DNA of 64,000 bases from Euprymna scolopes (taxonomy: Eukaryota). The notes under the pieces were generated by a model. It was not told the origin of the DNA, did not search any database, and saw only the letters and a list, made by a program, of their open reading frames with translations. The stretch lies in assembly GCA_053919585.1 (NCBI GenBank), contig CM132816.1. One strand, 5' to 3'. Both the position numbers and the translations under genes were made by a program. Positions within the stretch are counted from its first letter, which is position 1. The number at the start of each line of letters is the position of its first letter. This document shows, in pieces, positions 1 through 13,990 of this stretch.

Positions 1-165
1 CCATCCTTGGACGTACTTGGCTTTTATATAGATAGAGAATTGCATCAGTAGTGAGATATCTTCTGGAGCGATAGAAGGATCCCACCATCTTCCCAGCGAC
101 CTTGGCAACAGACTTGATGTACGTGTTCCATTTCAGATCAGGAGTAAAGGTCAAACCCAGAAGCT
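1..165 (-). mobile_element. CR1/L2-group LINE fragment (RT C-terminal region), runs off the window edge
   Basis: Reverse complement is nearly identical to ~5636-5800 of the LINE copy at 5305-6343 (TFTPDLKWNTYIKSVAKVAGKMVGSFYRSRRYL). Confidence 0.9.
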
Positions 166-2819
166 GTTCGTGTTAGTTTAGAAAAGTGATTCACTGCGTT
201 TAAAATTCGAAAAGCAAGTAAGCTTCACAAGGTGCAATATCCGAGTAAAAGTTATCATTAATACATAATAATAGGCTAAATATGAGTATTTATTTACAAC
301 CCCGAGAAGTGATTTTGAGCGCGTAGACGTATTTTAATGAGCTAACAAGATCGAAGTGAGAAATTTACGAGTGATATATGTGAATGCAGTAGTGTTTTTA
401 TCTTTCTGTATGTGAAAGATGAAGTAGATTTGAAATTTGGTGTGTGTCGACAGTATGAGTCTCTGTGCAAGCCAGAATCTAATTGAGCTGAGAAGTGGTT
501 TGCTTCCGTATCTCCAAACCGTAGAGAAATATGTCTAAGTGTAATATTGTGTGTTGTCAATTGTGTCTATTAATGGAAAAGTAATTTTTTTACGAAAATG
601 CTTTAATATCGACTTTAAAAAATTGACTTTTAAATCTCTCTCAATTTTCTCTAATCGCACGTAGGTAATTTAAAGCAGATCTAACGGTCACCATTTTCTT
701 TTGGGGATAAACTTTTGAAAGTTAGTTTTCCAAAACCTTAATTAATTTTTAAATATTGCTTTTAGGCCAAACTTGTCCGTTTCTGTGCAGACTTTTAATT
801 ATAAGGATCGAAATATATGGCAATCATATAAATGTGAATGAGGGAAGTAAAATATGCACGTACAATACTGTTCGTTTTTAAAATTGGTTCTGTTATGAAA
901 GCAGAAAAATAACAGTGTGGCCTATAAAAGCCGGAAATAATTAATACAGAATGTTTCTACAATGGACAAATGTTTTCACAAAAGTTTACAAAGTGTTTGT
1001 ACCCGATTCGGCAACCATATCTCTCAACAATTACTGGCACATGCATAGTAGTTATTTTATTTTTGTTACAAAGAAACTTCATTTATTTCCGAAATAGACA
1101 GATAAACTTACACTGACAAACTAATACATAATCAACATAATGCCTTTAGTGAATGCAACTAGCAGATAAATACTCTGCATCACGTAAGTAGTTCCCTAAT
1201 GCCAGAAAACTTTTTACTGCGCTACAACTTGACATTTATCTAATTCTTGTAAATTATGTACTAACAGTTGCCTTTTTAAAGCCCCTTCAAATATCAATTA
1301 CATTGATTTATCAATTTATATTATGTGCACACAATACATTATATTCTTTTAACATCTCAGTGAAATTATCACTTTTTTAGAGTGCATAAAATTAAAAATT
1401 AAAATTTGTCAAAAACTGATTATTACTTCTGAGAAAAAAAGGAGATTAAGTGCCTTATTCTAATAATAGTATATCTACAAAACACATTAAAAAGTAAATA
1501 CGAATTCGCCTATGACTTAGTCAACACAATGTTGCAGTAAGATCAGCGAACTTTAGGCTACGTTAAGCTTGGTAAATATAATATGGGTGTTTATTTGAGA
1601 AGACTATATGAGTGGTAATAGTCTTTACAAAATACAAAAAAAATGGAAAAAGCGCTTGTATAAAATATACGCATATATTTCATTCTAAATAAAAATCGCG
1701 CACTTTTCTGGAATGAAGGTAAATAAATTGTGGTCTATCTCACGAATTTTTAGTTCAAATAACAAAGTTATTTTATTTTATCGTCGTTCTATAATGTGCA
1801 GGAACACTTTGGCGATTGTCTCATTAGTAAATGGTGTTATCAGTAAATAGATTGAGATGCGCATACCTTGTAAGCTCTAGGATAAACCTGTTGAAATATT
1901 TAAAAAGCAATATCTAGCAACAGAATCCTTAAATCATTTCACAGTTTAAGATAGCATCTAAATGCATATCAATTTAGATTGAGCAAGTACTGTATATATG
2001 CCATTTGTAAAAATTCAATTTAATTCATAAATGATCGTATAAAAGAACACACAGCTGTAAAAATGGAAAACGGCATCAATGGAATCGTTGAACAAATTGC
2101 CATTTTTCCCCACCTACAAGAAATTTTTTTTAGTCTTGATGTCCAAACTGTGTTTGTTGTAATACTCGTTGAATTATGTGTAATTGCACTTCAGTGATCA
2201 ATTACTCGCGAGTATTAAGATCCTAAACAATAATCATATTAACGGTAATTTTCTAGAATATTTTCCAACTTATGTATATCCTTGACACTAATATAATCCG
2301 AAACCAAATATATTATTGTGAAGATTTGGAATTTATGAGAAAAAAACATCGATAAAAGAGAAATGTTAGACGTTTGATACTTAAACTTAATTTATTATCT
2401 AGTCATTAATTAGCAGTAATTCTATCGAATATATAAGAGTTGTGAGATGTTTTTGATCATTATTTATTACTCAATCGGTTGCGTAAATTCATTTTGCGTC
2501 ACATTGCAGGATTTGGACATAAATAAAGACATTCTGTATGGCGAAACAACAATCATCATTTCAAGCATTTTCAATAAATAAGTCATTCTCTGCCATGTTT
2601 AGATTGACAAAACTTATATATTCTTTGGTTTGTCATCAGATATTTACCGAAATCTTCTCAGCCTATATAACGTCACTGGCTAAAGAGTGAGCTGTTATTT
2701 CGGCCACTGAAGCGATTAGCCGATAGCAAGTGACGTGTGTCATTTCTAAAGAAGCCCTGATGGAGCAAGATGAAGCCGATCAAAGTTTGGATATACCAAA
2801 GACTACACGAACATCTGTT

Positions 2820-3738
2820 GTTGGGAAATGACCTGAAGAAGTCAGGGCGGGGGAGAAGGAGGCGATACGTGTGTGAGTGTTTGATATTAGGAAACCATTA
2901 AGTTGAGGAAAATGCGTTCGAAGGAAAGAAAGAAGCGGTGAGTTACGATAGGTGACAGTAAGGATAAACCCGTTTAACAAAAAGGAAGATAAAGGCGATG
3001 CAAAAGGCAACAGATGAAGAAGACGCAAATAATTAAAGAAGTAATTCATAGATAACGAAAGAAAAATCAACAGATAAATAAATGAGATAGAAGTAAACAA
3101 AACAGATAAATAAGCTAAAGAGGTTAGAAGACAAAAAACGGTCAAATAATTACAAAAGACGAAGAATAAAAATGGCTTATACAGTAGAAAATAGACACAA
3201 AATGGTGTTGAAGAAATAAAAGAATACGAAGACGAATATTAAGGTAGATGAAAATTCGTTTGCAGAACGAGGCAACGGATGAAACAAAAGTAAAGTAAAA
3301 TAAACGGGCAAATAAATTGGTAAAAAGAAAAACTATAATAAATGTTAGTCACAATAGAGAAAAACGTAAACGAGGAAATTGAGGCTCGAATTCATCGAGT
3401 GAAACAGCAACATAATTATAGAAATAAAGCAGAAAGATTATAGAAAAATATAAAAACAAAAGAAAATAATATAAATGAAAATGTAGTTAAAAGCAAGGTA
3501 AACTGAACTTAGAATAAGATAAATGTTTATAAACTAATGAAAATATACGATCCAATAAGAGACTGGCGGAAAATACAAAAGAAGTATATAAATATGAAGA
3601 ACAATATGAAAATGAAAAGGTCAAACAAGTAGAAAGGAACGTAGTGAAGATAGGTAAACTCATAGCTAAAAAACAAGAAAAATAATGATGGCAGGTAAAA
3701 AAGGGAGTAAGAAAAGTAATAAAATCTTACTATAACAA

Positions 3739-3795
<57 letters not shown>

Positions 3796-3920
3796 GAAAT
3801 ATGCCTAGAAGTTGCTAGAGAACTGACAGAAATACAGAACATTAAAAAGTCAATATAATTACAAACGTAACATGTAGCCACTGTCGAGATTGAACTCAAT
3901 CCGCGAGTTTGTAGAAGAAT
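2820..3920 (-). repeat. Strand-biased A-rich block, probable Penelope-associated non-autonomous element remnant
   Basis: Purine/A-rich on the plus strand. It ends in actcaatccgcgagtttgtagaagaa (3894-3919), which resembles half of the hammerhead at 28548-28575, and is cut off where the Gypsy begins. Confidence 0.35.
3740..3792. repeat. (TAA)n microsatellite
   Basis: Direct inspection; explains the poly-Ile ORF at 3666-3899. Confidence 0.95.
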
Positions 3921-4964
3921 TTAAATTTTACCCGTAGCTTAATACTTGATGCTTCGGCACTAAATCAGTACATGTTGACTAGGTATCTATATTGGGGATC
4001 ATATATAAAAAGAAACTGTTTCGAAACTTAATCCCTGATTGCAAGCTAACGCTATTAAATCCGGAGGATGCTCGATTCATTGAAAAGGAAATTCTACAAC
4101 TGCTTGAGGATGATGTAATTAAAACAAGTTTTTCACCGTGGCGTGCTCAAATTGTTGTGACTTTATCGCCTAATAAAAAGAAACGATTAGTAGTTTATTC
4201 ATCCCAAATTTATAATCGTTTCACCTCACTTGATGCATACCATTTGTCTCGGATTGAGGATCTCTTGAACCAAACAGGCCAATACCGTATATTTAGTACA
4301 ATTGACTTATCCAAAGCGTACTACCAGATCGAAATTTGACGCCAAGATCGACCCTACACGACTTTTCAAGCTGGAAATCGTTTGTACCAATTGAAACGAA
4401 TACTCATGGGTATTACTAATGGCTATCTGCTTTTCAACGGTTTATGCATTCTTTAATTTTTGAGAACAAATTATCTGGAATTTTTTCATATACAGATGAT
4501 ATTACTATTTGCGGAAAACCTAAGGAGGAACATGATGTTAATTTGGAATGTTTTTAAAGGCTGCCTTGATATATAACCTCGAAATAAACCGAGAAAAATC
4601 AAAGTTTTCACTTCATTCCATCCACTTGCTTGGGTAGTAAATGTGTAATGGGAATATGCAACTAGATTCTGAACGTTTAAAACCTCTTTTACAAAAGCTT
4701 TCTCCTTCCAATTCAGATTCATTAAAGAGGTGTATTGGAATGTTTTCGTACTACGCGAAATGGATACCTAAGCATTCATACAAAATTCTTTCACCGCTCG
4801 AAAATAAACGATTTCCCATGCCTCCTATAGTTATCAATTCCTTTGAAAAACTAACGAAAGACGTTGCCGAATCGTATGTAAAAGTTATTGATGATGAATT
4901 ACCATTTACTATTGAAACCGATGCCTGAGAAAAGGCTGTCGGAGGCACGCTCTTACAGGCTGAG

Positions 4965-5069
4965 AGGCCTGTAGCATTTTTTCTCGGTTGCTAAACCCAT
5001 CTAAAATACAACTGCATAGGCCTGTAGCATTTTTCTCGGTTGCTAAAACCATCTAAAATACAACTGCAT
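4965..5069 (+). repeat. ~53 bp tandem duplication inside the Gypsy RNaseH region
   Basis: aggcctgtagcatt..ctcggttgctaaa..catctaaaatacaactgcat occurs twice (4965-5017 and 5018-5069). Confidence 0.9.
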
Positions 5070-5304
5070 ATAGTCGAGAAAGAGACTTATGCCATAGTCG
5101 GGTGCGTCCGAAAATGGAGGGATCTCCTTGCTTAGAAGCACTTTACTATTATAACAGACCAGCAACCGTGTATTTTATGTTTAAACCTGCTAACCGAGGA
5201 AAAATAAAACGGGATAAAATAATATGGTGGAAAATGGAACTTCTTTTGTTATACGACATAAAACACCGGCCCGGAAGTGAACACATTGTTGCCGATGCAT
5301 TATC

Positions 5305-6237
5305 GCTGGAGTCCCTCAAGGGTCAATCCTGGGCCCAACTCTCTTCCTGATCTACAACAATGAACTCTCTAAACACATACTTAAATCATTCGTTGACATC
5401 TATGCTGATGACACGACCATCTACGGCAACACATCAAAGGCTGTAAATGACAAAGTTCTCTCTGATTCTCTCTCCTCTGATCTCGAGCGCGTGGTTCAGT
5501 GGGGGAAGATGTGGCTGGTTACCTTTAATGCATCCAAAACCAAACTCCTATCCTTACATCATCAACGCTCTGATCCCCATCTGGCATCAATTCTGATGGA
5601 TGGCTCTCGTCTGGGTGAGGCCCCGTGTTTTGACAAGCTTCTGCGTTTGACCTTTACTCCTGATCTGAAATGGAACACGTACATCAAGTCTGTTGCTAAG
5701 GTCGCTGGAAAGATGGTGGGATCCTTCTACCGCTCCAGAAGATATCTCACTACGGATGCAATTCTCTATCTATATAAAAGCCAAGTACGTCCAAGGATGG
5801 AATACTGTTGCCATATCTGGGCAGGAGCTGCTAAATACAGCCTATCCTGCCTTGACAGAGTACAAAATAGACTTCGTGGCTTAGTGGGGGATGCCCTTTT
5901 CTCTACCCTGCAACCTCTCTCCCACAGAAGAGACGTTGCGAGCCTGTCCTTGTTTTATCGTTATTTCCATGGAAGATGCTCGTCTGAACTCCAATCTCTG
6001 GTCCACCCTCGCCAATCTTTCACGAAAAACACCCGTCTAGCTGAATCCACTGTGAAAAATTTCCCCCACTTTAAATCTGTGCCTAAATCAACACGCAGAT
6101 TCCATGAACAAAGCTTCTTTCTTAGAACTGCACGCCTGTGGAACTCTGTTCCGTCTGCCTGCTTCCCTCCGGACTACAACTTGGATGTCTTCAAGTCCAA
6201 TGTTAACAAATTCCTAATGAACCGCCCCCTTAAGTAA
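5305..6237 (+). pseudogene. LINE ORF2 reverse transcriptase C-terminal fragment (open frame, no natural start)
   Basis: Uninterrupted frame from 5305 into the tracked ORF 5491-6237 (VQWGKMWLVTFNASKTK, LYKSQVRPRMEYCCHIW, LSHRRDVASLSLFYRYFHG, RTARLWNS). Confidence 0.9.
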
Positions 6238-6343
6238 ACATTTCAGCAAATCTCCTCACTAACGTAATGTACTTGCAATAACCCTTATCCCTGAGTGGCT
6301 TCCGGGCCTTGATAAGTGGTGATCACTGTGTAAAAAAAAAAAA
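5305..6343 (+). mobile_element. 5'-truncated CR1/L2-group LINE nested in the Gypsy element
   Basis: Begins AGVPQGSILGPTLFLIY, has YADD at 5401-5412, a short 3' UTR and A12 at 6332-6343. Gypsy sequence resumes immediately afterwards. Confidence 0.93.
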
Positions 6344-7637
6344 TGTGGTGCTGCTGCTGCTTCTTCCTTATAGGAACTAAAGTTACTACACAATTCATTA
6401 ATACAGCCTGAGGTACAGCGCTTTTGGCATTTTGTAAGTTCCCGAAATATGTCATATTCAATTGATGAAGTCCGGCGTGTGACATCTGAGTATACGATTT
6501 GTGCCCAAATAAAACCTCAATTTTTCGATTCTAATAATAATGCACTGATCCGCTCTTTTGCTCTCTTTCAGCGCCTCTCCATAGACTACAAAGGACCTGT
6601 CTCGGTATCTTCGACGGTATATTGTTACATAATTACTGTCGTCGATGAATACAGTCGATTTCCTTTTGCTTTTCCTTGTCGCGACTGTGTTCGCAAACCG
6701 CAATCCAGTTCCTGATAAATAGTTTCTCCATATTCCGACTCCCCTCATTTATCCATTATGATCGGGGAATTTCATTTATGTCGGAAGAATACAAACAAAT
6801 TTTCACGCGACTTGGAATTGGATCCAGTAACACTACTGCATACAATCGAAGAGGCAACAGTCAATGCGAGCGCTACAACGGCATTGTTTGGAATTCTGTT
6901 ATTAGGTTGGGAATCTAGCCTATTACCTCTTAGCGTTTGGCATGGTGTTCTACAGGATGTTTTAAATGCTAATAACTCCTTGCTGTGCACTACTACAAAT
7001 GCACATACTCACGAACGCATGTTTAACTTTGAAAGGCGCTCTTCTACTGGTACTGCTTTACCTGTTAAGCTCTGTAAATCTGGGGAAGTATTATTAAAAC
7101 GGTTTGGCAACATGAGCAAATATGACCCGATTGGCGAGGTAGTGGAACTCTTCGAAGCTAACCCTACACATGCAAGAATACGACATAATGATGTCCGGGA
7201 AGATTCAGTAGCGCTGAGATATCTGACTCGCTTTCCACGCTCTGATAGACTTCAAAATCCTGCTAAAAGTATTCAACCCGACATTGCAAATGCAGACTCG
7301 ACGAAGATGATCGAAACAAGTCCTGTTAGTACTACGCCCAATACAGAAAATGAATTTGACTATAATAGCCAGGACCCTGAGAATCAACCTTCCCAGAGGA
7401 CCAACGATCCCTCTAATAGCGAACCACCTCCACGCCGATCAAACAGAATTAGCAGACCAGTCCAGTTAATTGATTTATAAAAAATACACTATTTACAATC
7501 TCTTTTACAAGCGATTGAGATTGTTATATTTTCATTTTAATTGTTTTGTTCTTACTAATTAAAAAAAAAAAACAGATATGCAATTCAGTTTCATTCCATG
7601 TGATTTTGCACGTGCTCTTTTTTCTTTAAAAGACGGG

Positions 7638-7638
<1 letters not shown>

Positions 7639-7675
<37 letters not shown>

Positions 7676-7680
7676 TCTCT
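7639..7680. repeat. (CT)n microsatellite within the putative LTR
   Basis: Direct inspection. Confidence 0.9.
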
Positions 7681-9851
7681 TGCTTGAGTAGCTGTGAATA
7701 TTGTTCAATAAAGCGTTGGAAAGATGTTTTGTTTTACGGCTTCATTCATTTACAACACTACAGTCACCATACACAATTTCCCAACTATCCATCATGTATC
7801 ACCTAAATCAACGTAATTGACGCCTTTTTTTGTCAAATGGCATTCCAACTTTCAGTGATTAGGGTTGTGTTAAAGACGATGCTTTAAGAAAGAAACATCA
7901 GCTGGGTGAGGTTTTAACGTAAGTGGTTCTTATAAGGAATTTACTGAAAGAGTTACAAATTCAAATACATTCAGGAAGTGTGCAGGTCTCGTCTTCGTAG
8001 ATTGTTTATTGGTTTAAATCATAAAACGCCTTGTAAAATATACAATGAGTTAAGAAAGACAGTACATATTCAACTACCCGTTTTTAAAGCGTACTGCTGC
8101 ACACAATAATTGGTTCAAGATTTTAGGAGCTGGTGTTGGTCATTAGATGTTGAGACATTCCTCGCTTAAAGATGCCGTAAATGTGAAGGTGTTGCTTTCA
8201 TAATACCTTCGTTTCTGGTTTGTTTACAATATGTAAAACCGCTAGTATGACATATTCGATATTAAATTAGAAATAGAGCTATCAGTTTTTTGGTTTACAA
8301 TTCAGTGATAATAATTGTTCCTTAGGCACGCATTGCCTTGAACCTAAGCATAAATACTAAATCCTCGTTCCCGTTAATTACATTATACTCCAGCTTTTTC
8401 TTAATTATTGTAGCGTTTATATTATGTCCTATGCTTTGACCGATCTAATACAAATGCTAGAGTTTATTTGTTTAATATAAGTGATTCGTTGGATAAAATC
8501 GACAATTAAATGCCTAATGTATTTTCTAAGATTAAATCACTTCTTGTTCACAATCAATCGACGTCGATTATCCAGTTGTGTCAGGCAACTGTTCAATCGG
8601 CCATGCCTTTAGTAAGTGTATGTATTCGTAAGATGTTGACATTAAACTGGATATTCGGTCAGAATCACGTATACGAACGTCTGTTAATCATCAATAATAG
8701 TACAACACGCAAACTATCAAGGCCAAAGAATATATACCGGTTCATATACCAATAAATCTCGGGTGGATATATTTGTGTGTTATGCAAGGATTCGTATCCA
8801 CATTGAAATGCAAAACAACCTTTGTTATTTCAGCATTAACCTTATTAATTTCATGTATCTTCCAATAAATGCCTCTCGTTTATTTCAGTTAAATGAGCAT
8901 CTCATCTTGATCGAATCATCACAATCTGCGGGTAATTGAATGTTCTCAACATAGCTCAGGGCAGGCTTGCAGACGAGGTACATATCGGATTCTTCATCGT
9001 TTATTAAGTCACAAATTAAACAGGGCGTAAAATATCGAAATAGCTTGTAAGAAAAAATATAAAACATTGAAACCGAAAAATATTAAACTTCAGACCCAGT
9101 AATTATATAAATAATTTGAAAAAAATACACGAATTTCGTCGACGACATAAGTGAGAAACCGGCACACAAATGCCATTCTCTTGAATGGTATTAGGCGAAT
9201 CTTATCAATCGAGTAACCTATATCAAACGACAGTAATGTATGCATTTTACTTATTCCAGTAGAAGAAGTCGTACACTTTTTCTGAATAAAAGTTCACTCA
9301 CACAAAACAATGCTGATTTGCATAAGTTACCTCTAGCCACGCACTGACTTACAATATTTCATTATTTAAGCAGAAGGATTGGGTTCAATCCCCCAATGAA
9401 TAAGTAAGGGAAATATTCTTACTATTTTCCATGCGAACCCACATAATAATTATCACTACTCTGCAAATACCATACATAATTTTCTCGCACTCGTCAGATG
9501 AGATTGTGAAAAGGCCGGATCTGTACATGAAGGATACAGAAAAGCATTGGCTGTCAACGTCATAGACAATACACATCCTTGCTTCTGACGGCATGTTATT
9601 GCTGATGCGTTATCACTCGTAATAATCTATCTTAGAATGTCCAATCAATAAATGATAAAAAGGGCAAATAAAAAGACAGAGCTGGAAAGAGCTAATGAAA
9701 AAAAATATGAGGTTATAAAGATAACGAAAATTGAAGAAATATAACTAGTTTGAGACCTTCCTACGAATGAAATATTACATAACTTATAAGTAGTGATAAC
9801 AACTCGAAGCGGGAGAGTAGTAGTCAGAAAATAAATAACAGAGTGAGGATC

Positions 9852-9885
<34 letters not shown>

Positions 9886-10659
9886 TGTGAGAAAAAGTAC
9901 TCCGAGCTAACAGTTTTTATCTCTTTACTAATTTTTACCTCAAATAATAATACTTGAACTGAGACGCGTTAGCATTTCTTTTCTTTTGCCATTCACCAAG
10001 ACCATTAAAAAACGAGAAAAGTAACAAGGGAAAGAGAATAACAAATTAAAAACTGAAACATACAACAAACGGAAATATACAAAAAAAAATCGAAGAATAA
10101 TATAAACGAATAATTTACGGAAATTATTCATGTAATATTAGGAAACATACCAACAATATAAAAACAAGAGAATGACAAAAAAGGAATAGTTTTAAGATGG
10201 ATTTAAATAATGATTAAAAGAAGTAACAGAAGTAAAAAAATAATGTCAAAAATAAATCGAATGATAATGATGATTATTATGATGATGAAGGTGACCGAAT
10301 GTGCTTAAGCTTGTTTAATTGCCAAAACAATAATTTTTCCATTTTTTTACTTAAATACACATTGGTGAAAATAGAACACACACGCAGCTGGTTATGAAAA
10401 TATGTTGTTTATTTTTTGTAAATACAAGCTTTTAATAAACGAATGAGGAATCTAACATCAGCATGACGGGATTTGTAGGTGATGTCCGAAGATTGTATTG
10501 CTAGCACTCTTCTCGTATCTTTGTGGCATCTCTTTTCGCTATGTCTCTTTTTTATTTAGCCTAAGTGTCGACGACATTTCGATCGGCATTGTTTCGCAAA
10601 CATGTAGTCACTCGCTACCCTAAGATTTTGCGTCCTAAAAGTTTACCTCGTACTGACGT

Positions 10660-11780
10660 CATCTCCTAGGTCTTGCATAAAGGTTTTACCGACTCAATCA
10701 ACCCCGTTGAGAAATCTGCGCATACACGAATCTGATTGATATTTTTGTCACATATACGGTAGGGGTTTCCCAATCACTAGTGTTCCGGCCTTTTTAGTCG
10801 ATACGGTTTCTTACCGATTTTTTCAGTTGCCTCACACGGCACGCTTCGTTTTTTCTTTAAACCGGGTCGACTGTTTTCATCCTGTACGAATCTGGCTAAA
10901 GCCGTGGTTGATTTCCGACACTCGACGACACTTTTTTTTTTGTTTTCCTTTAACTAGTTCTTCAGTCGCTGTGCACACGTAAATGAGTATTCTACCTCAT
11001 GGCATAACTTTTTCATAGATTGGTCCAACAATTCAAATCGCCCCATCCAATCCGTTCCTAAAAGATTTAGGGTGTTTTATGTACAAGAACCGTCACTTTT
11101 TAGATAGTGCTATTTAACCTCACAAGGACTGGCAATTCTCCCTCAAATTTTACTTTATCGTCTGTGACTACTCAACTTTTTCGTCTGACGAATGGTTAGT
11201 TTCTTCGAGCCTTTTCATGTATGTAAGTTGATAATTGACAGGTCTAGGCCAGTTTCCAACTGTAACTCGATAATCTGATTAATTACGTTGATAGTGGTGT
11301 ATTTCCGTGAGTTCTTCTCAACGTTCCTGTCGGATCTTGTTTGTTGAAACCTGTGGGTTTTGTTCTTTTTGCAATATCTAGCTTTGTATCCGTTCTTACC
11401 ACACTCAGAGCATTTTTTGTTTTTGTAAAACCATCTCAATGCTGCCAGACGCATCGGTTGAAGGCTCTTGTAGACGAATAATGTTCGGAAATTGGATTGT
11501 CAGTATTGGATTATGATAGATTTTGCTTCTCGCTTGTGGGTTTGCATTTTTCCCTCGTGATAGTAATCTTTTTGTGTGAATCTCGTCCTTCATACGTATA
11601 CCATGTCGGATTCCTCGATATTTTGCGAGTCGTTATTTACACTAACTACACGTGGGCAATCCTCAGCACTTGCTCATTTTCTAGTCTGGATAAGACTCGT
11701 CTTATCGCTGCGTTTTTTCTTTTTATTGTTACTGTATTAAAATCAAAATGTTGTGAATATGTATTATCCCTTCTTTGGTG
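10660..11780 (-). mobile_element. Decayed Gypsy (K02A2.6/Mag-like) gag-protease-RT remnant
   Basis: Zn knuckle CSECGKNGYKARYC, protease-like LQLETGLDLSII, and RT N-terminus KRSVP..ATEKI..DWETPTVYV..QIRVCADFSTGL on the minus strand. Confidence 0.85.
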
Positions 11781-11889
11781 ATACACGCCATAAATGCTGT
11801 ACATTTACGCTTGTCAAGCATACGAGTAGTAAGATTTTAAATCGAATAAAAGATTACTAGACACAATATATTATTCTGTTTTCATTACA

Positions 11890-13990
11890 ATTTATTCAAT
11901 TAAGAATGAAACTATTTATGCGACCGGAATGATTTACAACAAATCCAGAAACTAATTCATCCAACAAGTGTTAGAAAACCTAGGTGGGAGATCTTTACAA
12001 ATTTTCATCAATAAGCGTGCGCTCCTAACCAAATACCTGCCTCACATAGTCAACGAAATTGTCTCAGGTTGCGTTACCTATGTAAAAGCAATCGAGATAC
12101 TAAACGTCACATACATAAAACTAAAAAAATGCGATATTTTCTAGACACATACATCCTACTCCCCGACAAGAATCAGAGGAAATATTGAATCATTTCCTCA
12201 AGAGCCTTCAGACACTAGACAAAGATTGCAACTTCTGGCCAATGGCGCCACTAAAAGCCCAAGAGCAACACACTTTGGATGTATTCATTAATGGCTTTTG
12301 AAATGCTCAGGTAAGACAATGTCTTCATGCAAATAATACCTTCACACTTAGAACAGCTTATGAACCAGCCGATACATTCGAATGTGTCATACAGCTGTTT
12401 AGATTTAATTTACAGACATACACATTGGGCGCCGAGCTGAAACAACCTGTTCTTACTGTCCCCCTCATCAGGAGAGTATCACAAACCGTCAAGAACAATC
12501 GGTCGCTGACGCTTAAAAATGGGGCATCTACTATTTTTGTGGCTTATCATAACACCTACGGGTTTCATGCCCTGCCAGAAATTCCCTTGTCATGTATGTG
12601 GAAAACTTAATCAGTTTTTAAAACTATGCAAGTCTTCTAAAATCCTATATAAAACGACTCGTCGAAATACATCTGCAAATTAAGCCGCTTCGCCTGAGTG
12701 CCTTTCAAAAAATAATGCAAAAGTGAAAATTAACGGGTGATCTACAAAGTCTCTGCTAGATGCAAGCAGCTCAGTAAATATTATCAAAGGAAGCTTGGTT
12801 AAAATCAACTCATTTATTTTATCCCCTCTCCTAGTAGAGTAACAATGGCAAACGCATCATTATCTGCACAAGTAAGTAGCTATTAATTGGTGGACAAATT
12901 ATTTAATACTGTCTCCTAGAAAACAACTAAATCATCCCTAATGAAAAACCTTCGTTGCGAAGTAATATTATGACACGGTTTTCTGCAGACTACCAAATGT
13001 AAATTCCATTTAGCGGTTAAATGCTCGCATTAAAAATTTGTGGATTGATGACACCAAAAATCCAATACCCGTCACTTTTCGAAAACTAACTGATAACTGC
13101 AAAGCCATAGCAGTTAGAAGCAGATATTCTCTTATAATAATAAAGGATTTATGTACTTTGAGATATCCATTAACTCTGGGATAATAACACTATAAGAGTA
13201 GGGTATAATTGAGCCTAGCAAATACTCTGGAGGTTTCATGTAGTTATAACCACTTCTGAAAACCAAAAAAAAAACAATGATCTATATGACTTCCTAACCA
13301 TAAGTAGATTTACTCTTTTGGGCGCTTTTCCACTACCCATGATAGATGAAATGATAGGCAAAGTAGCCAAATATCGTATGTTCAGTACTCTGAACTTGAG
13401 AAGTGCGTACCATTAGATCACCATAAGACGTACAGACACGCTACACACAGATTTCTAGGCGAACGGCGATAATAGCAATTTCGCATGATTCCTTTTGGCG
13501 TAACGAATGGGTTAGCCATCTTTCAAAGAATAGTCGAACAAATCATAACGGATGAGAAACTGGAAAGGAAACTTTCCTATATTGACCACTTTACAGTATG
13601 TGGCCATATGAAAATGACGAAAATCTCAGGCGGTTCATGTCCGCCGTCGACAAATACAACCTTGCACAAAGCGACGGCAAATGTTCGTTTGGACTGGACA
13701 AGAAAATCCTGCTATAAGGAAAGGTTTTGTAGCACAGGATGCAGATCGATTGACACATTTACTCCAGATGTCGGTTCCTCACAATCGGTCTTGCCTTCTA
13801 TGAACATGTTTGGTGACAACTCCCAATGGATTGCATCGTTCCTAGAAAAGATGTATATATTAACACATATATTTCGTCCGTCCCGTCAAGCCGGTGATGC
13901 ATTTGGGGGAATGATACTTTCCTCCAACTTGTGTTGGTGATCAATCTTAGCCCTTAATAATAACGTAATTATGGCCTTAAAGTCTTTCAT
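11890..13990 (+). mobile_element. Decayed Gypsy gag-protease-RT remnant
   Basis: Protease-like LLDASSS near 12753. RT motifs AFPLPMIDEMIGKVAKYRMFSTLNLRSAY and IPFGVTNGLAIFQRIV..SYIDHFTVCG. Resembles the 3925-7762 element; ends are approximate. Confidence 0.85.

Larger units (their letters stand above)
3925..7762 (+). mobile_element. Decayed Gypsy/Ty3 LTR retrotransposon (RT-RNaseH-INT, partial 3' LTR), interrupted by a LINE
   Basis: RT motifs SFSPWRAQIVV, LDAYHLSRIEDLL, FSTIDLSKAYYQI and YTDD. RNaseH motifs FTIETDA and IKHRPGSEHIVADALS. Integrase motifs LSIDYKGP, VVDEYSRFPFAFPC, IHYDRG and GNSQCERYNG. Many frameshifts and stops. A purine tract at ~7627-7638 is followed by an LTR-like segment with AATAAA that ends ...CACTACA. 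Confidence 0.92.

Noticed and set aside
1950-2640. Tc1/IS630-like transposase relic on the minus strand
   Set aside because: Resemblance to the LPPYH.ELNPIE region is too degraded, and no TIRs were found.
7900-9100. Host exon (ORF 8885-9067) or Penelope RT relic
   Set aside because: There are only faint motif resemblances and no supportable splice structure; a tBLASTn/HMM search is needed.
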